Origin: Dehalococcoidia bacterium
GTDB lineage: Bacteria; Chloroflexota; Dehalococcoidia; SM23-28-2
Length of the DNA: 45,527 nucleotides
Reading direction: 5' to 3'
Assembly (NCBI GenBank): GCA_022866185.1
Contig: JALHUG010000013.1
Location: 1 to 45,527 of the forward strand
Of the stretch, positions 19,481 through 27,335 are shown one piece after another. A program made the translations under genes and the position numbers. The notes below the pieces were generated by a model, which was not told the origin of the DNA, did not search any database, and worked only from the letters and a program-made list of their open reading frames with translations. Each line of letters starts with the position of its first letter. Positions within the stretch are counted from its first letter, which is position 1.

Positions 19481-19624
19481 GGGGAGGTGCGCACCACGAG
19501 CGGCACACTATCCACCAGCATGCTCTTCACCGGCCAGCAGTTCGACGCCAAGGCACGCCCATCGCAGGGTCTGTAGTACCTGCGGGCGCGGTACTGCGAC
19601 CCCGCGCTGAGCCCCTTTCTCTCC
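19481..19624 (+). pseudogene. degenerate Rhs core-end fragment with in-frame stop
   Basis: It reads GEVRTTSGTLSTSMLFTGQQFDAKARPSQGL*YLRARYCDPALSPFLS, with TAG at 19574-19576 replacing the conserved Tyr codon. By-eye alignment shows it is homologous to 19207-19284. Confidence 0.65.
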
Positions 19625-19659
19625 ACTCCTGTCCCACATTTCCTGAAATACTGCGGTGC

Positions 19660-19689
19660 TTGACATGTCAAGAAATGGATGGATATGCT
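19660..19689 (+). promoter_or_regulatory. candidate nuo operon promoter (TTGACA-18 nt-TATGCT)
   Basis: TTGACA at 19660-19665 lies inside the perfect palindrome CTTGACATGTCAAG (19659-19672). TATGCT is at 19684-19689. The element is ~110 nt upstream of nuoA. Confidence 0.35.
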
Positions 19690-19708
19690 GGCTCCAACAT
19701 ATCCATCC
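19677..19708. promoter_or_regulatory. 11-bp perfect inverted repeat (candidate operator) overlapping the putative -10
   Basis: GGATGGATATG (19677-19687), a 10-nt spacer, then CATATCCATCC (19698-19708). Confidence 0.4.
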
Positions 19709-19798
19709 CGTAGGACCGCCTGACCGTACCCGATTGATCGTGGCAGCAGCGGCTGCCATTATGTGACCGACGTATGCTGAGACAGGAGGCTGTGCACA

Positions 19799-20164
19799 TT
19801 GGAGCAGCTCTACGATAACTATGTGGCCGTCTTGGTGGGCACCGTCGTGGGCGTCCTCATTGTAGGAGGCGCCCTCTTCATTAACTTCCTCCTCGCCCCG
19901 CGCTTGCCCTCGCGGCCCAAGGGCCTCTCCTATGAGTGCGGCATGCTGCCCATCGGGCGCAACGTCACCCAGGTGCACTTCCGCTACTATCTGTTCGGCA
20001 TCCTCTTCCTCATCTTTGACGTGGAGACGGTCTTCCTTTTCCCCTGGGCGGTGACCTTCCTGGACGTGGGGAAGGCCGCCTTCTTCGAGATGGTGGCGTT
20101 CATCTGCATCCTGGGCTTCGGCCTCTTGTATGCCTGGAAGAAGGGTGTGTTGCAGTGGAGGTAG
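19799..20164 (+). CDS. nuoA: NADH-quinone oxidoreductase subunit A
   Basis: TTG start 9 nt after AGGAGG. It has LSYECGM and FDVETVFLFPWA motifs and three TM helices. Confidence 0.9.
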   Translation: MEQLYDNYVAVLVGTVVGVLIVGGALFINFLLAPRLPSRPKGLSYECGMLPIGRNVTQVHFRYYLFGILFLIFDVETVFLFPWAVTFLDVGKAAFFEMVAFICILGFGLLYAWKKGVLQWR

Positions 20165-20167
20165 AGA

Positions 20168-20785
20168 ATGGCTGACGAGCCAAGGGCCGAGGAAGTGCAT
20201 GTGGTCCGCGATGACCCCGCGGTGGCCATCTCCGACGTGGTGCCGGCGGAGCTACGCAGGCGCATCAAAGAGCTGAGCCCGGTGGAGATGCCCCCCGGTC
20301 AAGGGAAGGCCCCCTACCGCCAGATCCTGCCCGGCGTCCTTCAGTTGCCAGCGGACGCAATCATCGCCCTAGCCCGCAAGTCGTCTCTGTGGCCCCTGAC
20401 CTTCGGCCTGGCCTGCTGCGCCATCGAGATGATCGCTGCCCACATGGCCAGGCACGACCTGGACCGTTTCGGCATCCTGCCCTGGCCCTCGCCCCGTCAG
20501 GCCGACGTCATGGTGGTGTCCGGAACGGTGACCAAGAAGATGGCCCCGGCCGTCAAGCTGCTGTACGAGCAGATGCCCAGCCCCAAGTGGGTAATCGCCA
20601 TGGGCGCCTGTGCCACCAACGGCGGCCCCTACACTCGCTACGACCGCGTCCTGCAGGGGGTGGACAAGATCATCCCGGTGGACGTCTACGTCTCCGGCTG
20701 CCCGCCGCGGCCGGAGGCCCTCATCGACGCCTATATGCAGTTGCGGAAGAAGATCATGGAGGAACGGAGCAAGATCGGCCGATGA
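20168..20785 (+). CDS. nuoB: NADH-quinone oxidoreductase subunit B
   Basis: [20 protein letters not shown] and VSGCPPRPE provide the cluster N2 cysteines. Confidence 0.95.
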   Translation: MADEPRAEEVHVVRDDPAVAISDVVPAELRRRIKELSPVEMPPGQGKAPYRQILPGVLQLPADAIIALARKSSLWPLTFGLACCAIEMIAAHMARHDLDRFGILPWPSPRQADVMVVSGTVTKKMAPAVKLLYEQMPSPKWVIAMGACATNGGPYTRYDRVLQGVDKIIPVDVYVSGCPPRPEALIDAYMQLRKKIMEERSKIGR

Positions 20786-21333
20786 GCGCCGCTCAGGAAC
20801 ATCGGGACCCTAGCACCAAAGAAGCGCCCATCGTTCCCCCACCGCCGGGGAGCATCGCTGATAGGTTCAAGGAGGTGCTCCCGGACGTGGAGTTCGTGGC
20901 CAATCAAGCCGTGCTGGACGTCATCCTTACCGTCGCCCGCCAGGACATCCCACGGGTCATGCGGGCGGCCAAGGACGACCCCCGCCTGGCCTTCGACTAC
21001 CTGCGCTGCCTCTGCGGCGTCGACCAGATGGAGCAGGGGCTGGAGGTGGTCTACCACCTCTACTCCTTCAAGCACGCCCACAACGTGACCATCAAGACCC
21101 TTCTCCCCGCCGACGACCCTCAGGTGGCGACGGTCACTACCGTCTGGAATGGCGCCCTCTGGCACGAGAGGGAGACGCACGAGATGTTCGGCATTGTCTT
21201 TCAGGGCCATCCGGACCTGCGGCCGCTCCTCCTGGAGGAGGACCTGGGCTACTATCCTCTGCTCAAGAGCCACCCCCTGGCGGAGATCGAGCAGTCGCAG
21301 GAGCAGTTCCTGCGGGAGGAGAGCAAGCAGTAG
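20782..21333 (+). CDS. nuoC: NADH-quinone oxidoreductase subunit C
   Basis: ATG 20782 overlaps the nuoB stop (ATGA). [24 protein letters not shown] is a NuoC signature. The earlier part of ORF 20389..21333 overlaps nuoB and is rejected. Confidence 0.9.
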   Translation: MSAAQEHRDPSTKEAPIVPPPPGSIADRFKEVLPDVEFVANQAVLDVILTVARQDIPRVMRAAKDDPRLAFDYLRCLCGVDQMEQGLEVVYHLYSFKHAHNVTIKTLLPADDPQVATVTTVWNGALWHERETHEMFGIVFQGHPDLRPLLLEEDLGYYPLLKSHPLAEIEQSQEQFLREESKQ

Positions 21334-21670
21334 CTGTGGGGGGCCTATGGTTATGAACAATTTGACGCGACAAAAGGCAGGGCTGATGGCGATCAAGAAA
21401 ATAAGAACACCCCTGAGGGTTGAAACCCTCAGCTTTGGGGAAGCTGCGGGATTTATCCCGCAGAGGTGAATTTAAATAGTTGAACGCCTTTAGGTCTGCC
21501 TGGAAAGGGCAACTAGGGCTGCTGTGTTGCTTACAACCAGTTTCAAAAATCGCTTTCGACCCCCGCCTGAAGGCGGGGGCATCGATGCCGCCCCGTTTAC
21601 GGGGCGGTGTCGTCGGGAGTTTGAGATGGCTTCTAGTCAATGACCATCAGCCTTGCTATCGCATAAAACC
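21334..21670 (+). other. 337-nt structured, lower-GC insert between nuoC and nuoD carrying four GC-rich hairpins
   Basis: There are four hairpins. (1) CTGAGGG/CCCTCAG at 21413-21419 and 21426-21432, loop TTGAAA. (2) CTGCGGGA/TCCCGCAG at 21444-21451 and 21456-21463, loop TTTA. (3) CCCCCGCC/GGCGGGGG at 21560-21567 and 21572-21579, loop TGAA. (4) CCGCCCCG/CGGGGCGG at 21588-21595 and 21600-21607, loop TTTA. Confidence 0.7.
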
Positions 21671-22795
21671 ATGATCATCGAGGAGCGCGAGCTAGAGACC
21701 ATCGACGTCTACGTCAACGTGGGGCCGCAGCACCCGGCCACCCACGGGGTCTTTCGCATGGTCCTCCGCGTGGACGGCGAGCTGGTGGTGGACCTGGAGC
21801 CGGTCATCGGCTACCTGCACCGCGGGGCGGAGAAGCTCTCCGAGAACTGCGACTACCGTCAGGCGCTCGCCTTCCAGGACCGCACCGAGTACCTGGCCCA
21901 GTTCAACGCCGAGCTGTGCTACGTCATCGCGGTGGAGAAGCTCATGGGCCTGGAGGTGCCGGAGAGGGCGGAGTACATCCGTGTCATATTGACGGAACTT
22001 AACCGTATCGCCAGCCACTTGATGTTCATGGGCGCCTTCAGCGCCGACCTGGGCGTCTTCGGCACCCTGTTCATGTACGCCTTCCGCGAGCGGGAACGCA
22101 TGCTGGACCTTTTCGAAGAGATCAGTGGCGACCGCATGATGTACAGCTACTTTCGCGTGGGCGGCCTGGCCTGGGATGTTCCCGAGAACTTCGTGGAGCG
22201 CACCCGCTGGATGGTGAAGGAGGCCCGCCAGGGCATCGCCGACATCGACGGCCTCCTGACAGAGAACGAGGTGTTTCTGGCCCGCACGCGAGGCATCGGC
22301 ACCATAACCGCCGAGCAGGCCATCGACTGGGGCTTCTCCGGCCCTATGCTGCGGGCCAGCGGCGTCCGCCACGACCTCCGCCGGGCCGAGCCCTACTCCA
22401 TCTACGACCGCCTGGAGTTCGACATCCCCGTAGGCGATCGGGGTGACGTCTATGACCGCTACATGGTGCGCCTGGAGGAGATGCGCCAGTCGGCTCGCAT
22501 CATCGACCAGTGCCTTGACCAGATGCCCGAGGACGGGCCCATCGTGGCGCCGGATCTGAAGCGCGTCCTGCGGCCGCCGGCCGGCGAGGTGTACATGCGA
22601 GCGGAGAACCCCCGCGGTGAGTACGGCATCTACCTTGTCTCCAAGGGAGCCGACAAGCCCTACCGGCTGAAGATCCGCTCACCCAGCTTCTGCCACCTGG
22701 CCGCCCTACGCGACATGACCATTGGCCATTACCTGGCCGACGCCGTCCTCATCCTCGGCTCTGTCGATATCGTCTTGTGCGAGGTAGACCGGTGA
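21671..22795 (+). CDS. nuoD: NADH-quinone oxidoreductase subunit D
   Basis: ATG 21671 gives MIIEERE...NVGPQHPATHGVFR, with IRSPSFCHL later. No SD is visible upstream. An alternative TTG start lies at 21653. Confidence 0.9.
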   Translation: MIIEERELETIDVYVNVGPQHPATHGVFRMVLRVDGELVVDLEPVIGYLHRGAEKLSENCDYRQALAFQDRTEYLAQFNAELCYVIAVEKLMGLEVPERAEYIRVILTELNRIASHLMFMGAFSADLGVFGTLFMYAFRERERMLDLFEEISGDRMMYSYFRVGGLAWDVPENFVERTRWMVKEARQGIADIDGLLTENEVFLARTRGIGTITAEQAIDWGFSGPMLRASGVRHDLRRAEPYSIYDRLEFDIPVGDRGDVYDRYMVRLEEMRQSARIIDQCLDQMPEDGPIVAPDLKRVLRPPAGEVYMRAENPRGEYGIYLVSKGADKPYRLKIRSPSFCHLAALRDMTIGHYLADAVLILGSVDIVLCEVDR

Positions 22796-23898
22796 TCGCT
22801 GACAACCCTTGGATCGACGCGGCGGTGCGGACGCTGCTGGTGGCACTGCTGGCCATACTGGTTGTCTTGATCCTCATCTGGCTGGAGCGGAAGGTAGCGG
22901 GGCGCATGCAGATGCGCCTGGGGCCGATGGTGACGGGGCCCTACGGCATCATGCAGTCGGTGGCCGACGCCATTAAGCTATTGACCAAGGAGGACCTGCG
23001 GCCGGCCACCGCCGACCGCTGGGTCTTCGAGTTGGCACCCTTCGCGGCCTTTGTACCCTCGCTCCTTGCCCTCATCTCCCTGCCCTTCACCGCCCACCTC
23101 TTCGTTCGGAATCTGGAGCTGGGCTTGTTCTACATCGTGGCTGTCTCGGGGCTGTCCACCGTGGGGCTGCTCATGGCCGGCTGGGGCTCCGCCAACAAGT
23201 ACGCCCTCCTGGGCGCCGTGCGCGCCGCCGCCCAGCTCATCAGCTATGAGATCCCGCTGGTCCTGGCCATCCTGGCGGTGGCTATGGTGTCCGGCACCCT
23301 GAACCTGGTGGAGATCGTCAATGAACAAGGGCGGGTGCCCTACATCGTCTGGCAGCCCCTGGGCTTCGCCATCTTCCTCATCGCCACCCTGGCCGAGCTC
23401 CGCCGCAACCCCTTCGACATCCCGATGGCGGAGTCGGAGATCATAGGCGGGCCGGTCATCGAGTACAGCGGCATCCGCTGGAGCATGTTCTTCCTGGCCG
23501 AGTATGTGAACGTCTTCGTGCTCTCGGTGCTGGGGTCGCTCGTCTTCCTGGGCGGCTGGAACTGGCCCCTGGGCAATGAGGTGGGCTGGCCGCTGCAGGT
23601 GGTGCTGATCCTGCTGAAGACGTCGGCCATGCTGCTCCTGTTCATGTGGCTGCGTTCTACCCTGCCCCGTCTGCGCATCGACCAGCTCATGTCCTTCTGT
23701 TGGCAGGTTCTCCTGCCCTTCGCATTCGTGGCCATCATTCTCAATGGCCTAGTTCTAGTGTACGAGTGGCCGGACGTGGTGCTGGGCCTCCTCTCTGGCT
23801 TTGCCGCGCTCGTAGCCGGCGCGTTGGTCTACCGCGGCAGCCGGCGAGCGGTGCCCACCCCGCGCTGGCCGCTCGCGCCCGCTAGAGGGATCGATTGA
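22792..23898 (+). CDS. nuoH: NADH-quinone oxidoreductase subunit H
   Basis: GTG 22792 overlaps the nuoD stop (GTGA). It has ERKVAGRMQMRLGP and RNPFDIPMAESE motifs. The ORF-track start 22777 is also possible. Confidence 0.9.
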   Translation: MIADNPWIDAAVRTLLVALLAILVVLILIWLERKVAGRMQMRLGPMVTGPYGIMQSVADAIKLLTKEDLRPATADRWVFELAPFAAFVPSLLALISLPFTAHLFVRNLELGLFYIVAVSGLSTVGLLMAGWGSANKYALLGAVRAAAQLISYEIPLVLAILAVAMVSGTLNLVEIVNEQGRVPYIVWQPLGFAIFLIATLAELRRNPFDIPMAESEIIGGPVIEYSGIRWSMFFLAEYVNVFVLSVLGSLVFLGGWNWPLGNEVGWPLQVVLILLKTSAMLLLFMWLRSTLPRLRIDQLMSFCWQVLLPFAFVAIILNGLVLVYEWPDVVLGLLSGFAALVAGALVYRGSRRAVPTPRWPLAPARGID

Positions 23899-23899
23899 G

Positions 23900-24427
23900 A
23901 TGCTGGGGTTGTTCAAGGCGCTGGGCACCACCCTCTCCGTCATCGTGCGCAAGCCGGTGACACTGCAGTACCCGGCCGTGCACAAAGAACTGCCTCACCG
24001 CACGCGGGGCTTCCCCGTGCTCCTCTGGGACTTCGAGGTGTTAGAGCCCTTCTGCACCGGCTGCCAGGTGTGTGCCCGCTACTGCCCCAGCGAATGCATG
24101 AGCGTGACCATGAAGGACAACCCCCTCCACGCCGATGGGAAGAGCAAAAGGCGCAAGATCGTCGACAAGTTCTACCTCGACTACGGCCGCTGCATGCGCT
24201 GCAACATCTGCGTGGAAGTCTGCAACTTCGATGCCATTGTCCTGAACAACAGTTGGTCGGGGCACGAGGTATCGCGCTACGACCGGCGTGATCTGGTGAA
24301 CGACCTGGAGGCTCTTCTCGCAAAATCCAAAGAGGGCAGCCTCACCAACCCCTTCCGGGAGCCTCTGGGCATGGCCCACTCGGGCTGGAGCCCCAAGCCC
24401 CGCGGGGAGAAAGCCGAGGCTGAGTGA
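23900..24427 (+). CDS. nuoI: NADH-quinone oxidoreductase subunit I
   Basis: Two 4Fe-4S ferredoxin motifs, CTGCQVCARYCP and CMRCNICVEVCN. Confidence 0.95.
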   Translation: MLGLFKALGTTLSVIVRKPVTLQYPAVHKELPHRTRGFPVLLWDFEVLEPFCTGCQVCARYCPSECMSVTMKDNPLHADGKSKRRKIVDKFYLDYGRCMRCNICVEVCNFDAIVLNNSWSGHEVSRYDRRDLVNDLEALLAKSKEGSLTNPFREPLGMAHSGWSPKPRGEKAEAE

Positions 24428-24448
24428 TTCTCTCATGAGTGGCTACCG

Positions 24449-24946
24449 ATGTCTGTAGAGGAGGGGGTATTTTATGTCATCGCCGCCATCACGGTGATGG
24501 GGGGGATGGGCGTAGTATTCGCCCGTAACGTTGTCTACTCCGCCCTGTTCCTGATCCTCGCCCTGCTGGCCGTAGCCGGCATTTTCCTGCTGCTGTCCGC
24601 CGAGTTCCTGGCTCTGGTGCAGATCCTTGTCTACGGCGGCGCTGTCACCATCCTGGTGATCTTCGCCCTGATGCTCACGCGGGTGCAGGACATGCCCGCG
24701 GCCCTGGACAGTCCACAGAAGCCCTTCGCCTTCCTGGCTGCCGCCGCTGTCCTCGCCATCCTTATCCTGGCGGCGGTGGGCACTACCTGGCCGGGGCAGA
24801 CCGAGAAGATCAACGCCATCCCTCTGCGCGACTTCGGCGATGCCCTATTCCGCACCTGGGCTCTCCCCTTCGAGATAGCGTCGCTGGTGCTGATGGTGGC
24901 CCTGGTGGGGGCCATCGTCCTGGCCCGCGGGGAGGACGGCGAATGA
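24449..24946 (+). CDS. nuoJ: NADH-quinone oxidoreductase subunit J
   Basis: 165-aa, 5-TM protein in the conserved position. It has the LVQILVYGGAVTILVIF motif. Confidence 0.9.
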   Translation: MSVEEGVFYVIAAITVMGGMGVVFARNVVYSALFLILALLAVAGIFLLLSAEFLALVQILVYGGAVTILVIFALMLTRVQDMPAALDSPQKPFAFLAAAAVLAILILAAVGTTWPGQTEKINAIPLRDFGDALFRTWALPFEIASLVLMVALVGAIVLARGEDGE

Positions 24947-25251
24947 TCCCCATGCAACACTTCCTGGTGCTGAGCGGCATCCTCTTCTCGCTAGGGGTGT
25001 ACGGTGTGCTGGCTCGCCGCAGCGCTGTGCTGATCCTGATGGCGGTGGAGCTGATGCTCCAGGCGGTGAGCATAAACTTCATCGCCTTCGCCGTGTACCT
25101 GGCGCCCGATGCGTTCGTGGGCCTCATCTTCGCCGTGTTCGTCATCACCGTGGCAGCGGCGGAGGTGGGACTGCTGCTGGCCATTGTCCTGCGCATCTTC
25201 CGCAATCAAGCTACGGCCAACGTGGACGAAGTGGACGTGATGCGATGGTAG
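24943..25251 (+). CDS. nuoK: NADH-quinone oxidoreductase subunit K
   Basis: ATGA overlap with nuoJ. 102-aa, 3-TM protein with LMAVELMLQAVSINF and the AAAEVGLLLAIV motif. Confidence 0.95.
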   Translation: MIPMQHFLVLSGILFSLGVYGVLARRSAVLILMAVELMLQAVSINFIAFAVYLAPDAFVGLIFAVFVITVAAAEVGLLLAIVLRIFRNQATANVDEVDVMRW

Positions 25252-25295
25252 GGTATCTGCGTCCCTGTAGCCGATCAAGCCTAGCGATGAAGACC

Positions 25296-25350
25296 CTTCG
25301 CTGCGCTCAGGGTGACGGCGCCGCTGGCTGTCATGCTGAGCGCAGCGAAG
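25296..25350. repeat. palindromic REP/MITE-like element in the nuoK-nuoL spacer
   Basis: CTTCGCTGCGCTCAGGGTGAC (25296-25316) and GTCATGCTGAGCGCAGCGAAG (25330-25350) are inverted repeats matching at 19 of 21 positions, with a 13-nt loop. In one frame it translates as ...HAERSEASH..., which I recall as typical of dispersed palindromic repeats that create spurious ORFs. Confidence 0.7.
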
Positions 25351-25422
25351 CATCTCATGCGGTGCGCCGTTGGTCTGTTCGCGTTCGAACCTGCAGACCC
25401 TCGGGGCTGCCTTGGAGTGAGC

Positions 25423-27324
25423 ATGATGGGCATGAATGACGCTTGGCTGCTGGCGGCCCTGCCGGCGGGCGCTTTTGCCATCCTCCTGATCTTCGGGCCG
25501 TACCTGCCCCGCCGCGGCGATTGGCTCTCCATAGCGGCCATCGGCGCATCGTTTGTCCTCTTCTTCCCTGTTCTGGCCGACCTGCTGGACAAGATCGCCA
25601 CACCTGGTGCCCTGCCTGGCCTCTCGGGCTGGAACTGGATCGAGTACGCCGGCTTCAAGCTGCGCCTGGGCTTCGCCGTTGACCAGCTCACCATCGTCAT
25701 GCTGGTGGTGGTCAGCTTTGTGGCGCTGATGGTGCAGGTGTACTCCGTGGGGTACATGAAGGGCGACCCCCACTACGGCTGGTTCTTCACCTGCATGTCG
25801 CTCTTTGCCGCCGCCATGCTCACCCTAGTCCTGGCCGACAACTTCCTCCTGCTCTACATCGCCTGGGAGGGCGTGGGCTTCTGCTCGTACCTGCTCATTG
25901 GCTTCTGGAACGAACGGCGGTCGGCGGCCGAGGCGGCCAAGAAGGCCTTCGTCACCACCCGCATCGGCGATGTGGGGCTGCTCATCGGTATCATCATGCT
26001 CTGGCGGGCCACGGGCACCTTCGACATCAGGGAGACCTTCGAGGCAGCGAGAGCGGGGGTGATGAGCGAGCCCTATCTCACCACCGCCGTGATCCTCATC
26101 TTCGCTGGAGCGGTGGGGAAGTCGGCCCAGTTCCCCCTGCACGTCTGGCTCCCCGATGCCATGGAGGGCCCGACGCCGGTCTCCGCCCTCATCCACGCCG
26201 CGACGATGGTGGTGGCGGGCGTCTATCTGGTGGCCCGCACTCTGCCATTGTTCGAGTTGGCCCACCCGGCCGCCCTGAACCTGGTGACTGCTCTGGGCCT
26301 GACCACCGTCTTCATGTCAGCCACCATGGGCCTGGTAATGAACGACATCAAGCGGGTGGTGGCCTACTCCACCATCAACAGCCTGGGGCTGATGATGGTA
26401 GCCCTGGGCTCAGGGCAAGTGGCGGCGGCCATGATCTACCTGTTCGCCCACGCCTTCTTCAAAGCCCTGCTGTTCCTTGGCTCCGGCTCCGTCCTGCATG
26501 CCACAGAGAAGAGCGACGTGCGGGAGCTGGGCGGGCTGTGGCGTAAGATGCCGCTGACGGCGACGCTGTTCGGTGTGGGCGTTCTGGCCATGGCCGGCAT
26601 ACCGCCGCTCTCGGGCTTCTGGGCCAAGGACGAGATCGTCCTGAGCTCATCGCAGCACCAGAACGCTTTCGTCTACGGCCTCATCGTACTTAGCGTCTTC
26701 ATCACCGGCCTGTACATGGCCCGTCTGTTCCTTCTCACCTTCACCGGCGAGCCCCGCGACCGGCACGCCTTCGAGCACGCCCACGAGGCGCCACCAATAA
26801 TGACGGTGCCCAATGTCCTACTGGCCGTCCTGGCCGTGGTGGCCGGCCTCGTAGTCTTCGATCAGGTGGGCGAGGCGTTGGGCTTCCCCGGCGGCATCGG
26901 CAAGTTCGTCTACCTGGCGGAGCCGGAGGCGTTCAGCTTCCACGGCGACGTGGCGGCTGTCTCCATCATCGCTGCCCTGGCGGGAGTGTTGGGCGCCTTC
27001 TACTTCTGGTGGGGCGAGGCGAAGCCGGCCAAGGCAGCGGGCGCCCGCTTCCCCTTCGTTTACGCCCTCTGGAAGAACAAGTACTACATGGACTGTCTCT
27101 ACCAGGCCCTCATCGACCGCGTGGTGCTGGTCTTCAGCCGGTTCATCGCCTGGTGGGACCGCAAGATCATCAACGACACGGGGGTGAACGGCTCGGCCGC
27201 CCTGGCGGTGTATTCGAGCTTCCGGCTGAAGTTCCTACAGACGGGACGCCTGCCCAACTACGCGTTCGCTATCATCCTGGGCGTCGTGGTCATGGCGATC
27301 GTCGCCATGACCGTTCTAGTCTAA
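25423..27324 (+). CDS. nuoL: NADH-quinone oxidoreductase subunit L
   Basis: Start set at ATG 25423 (GGAG upstream), because the 37 upstream codons of ORF 25312.. lie in the repeat element. It has WEGVGFCSYLLIGFW and SAQFPLHVWLPDAMEGPTPVSALIHAATMV motifs. Confidence 0.9.
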   Translation: MMGMNDAWLLAALPAGAFAILLIFGPYLPRRGDWLSIAAIGASFVLFFPVLADLLDKIATPGALPGLSGWNWIEYAGFKLRLGFAVDQLTIVMLVVVSFVALMVQVYSVGYMKGDPHYGWFFTCMSLFAAAMLTLVLADNFLLLYIAWEGVGFCSYLLIGFWNERRSAAEAAKKAFVTTRIGDVGLLIGIIMLWRATGTFDIRETFEAARAGVMSEPYLTTAVILIFAGAVGKSAQFPLHVWLPDAMEGPTPVSALIHAATMVVAGVYLVARTLPLFELAHPAALNLVTALGLTTVFMSATMGLVMNDIKRVVAYSTINSLGLMMVALGSGQVAAAMIYLFAHAFFKALLFLGSGSVLHATEKSDVRELGGLWRKMPLTATLFGVGVLAMAGIPPLSGFWAKDEIVLSSSQHQNAFVYGLIVLSVFITGLYMARLFLLTFTGEPRDRHAFEHAHEAPPIMTVPNVLLAVLAVVAGLVVFDQVGEALGFPGGIGKFVYLAEPEAFSFHGDVAAVSIIAALAGVLGAFYFWWGEAKPAKAAGARFPFVYALWKNKYYMDCLYQALIDRVVLVFSRFIAWWDRKIINDTGVNGSAALAVYSSFRLKFLQTGRLPNYAFAIILGVVVMAIVAMTVLV

Positions 27325-27335
27325 GGTAGGGGGAC

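Noticed and set aside
20389-20781. N-terminal 131 codons of ORF 20389..21333 (the long version of nuoC)
   Set aside because: This part overlaps nuoB in another frame and has a Pro/Arg/Gly-rich composition. ATG 20782, with an ATGA overlap onto the nuoB stop, gives a normal-sized NuoC.
21410-21607. CRISPR array or small self-cleaving ribozyme (hammerhead-like CTGATG...GAAAC strings) in the nuoC-nuoD spacer
   Set aside because: The four hairpins have different stem sequences and irregular spacing, so there is no repeat-spacer periodicity. The CUGAUGA/GAAA hammerhead core and its three-stem geometry could not be assembled. A covariance-model scan is still needed.
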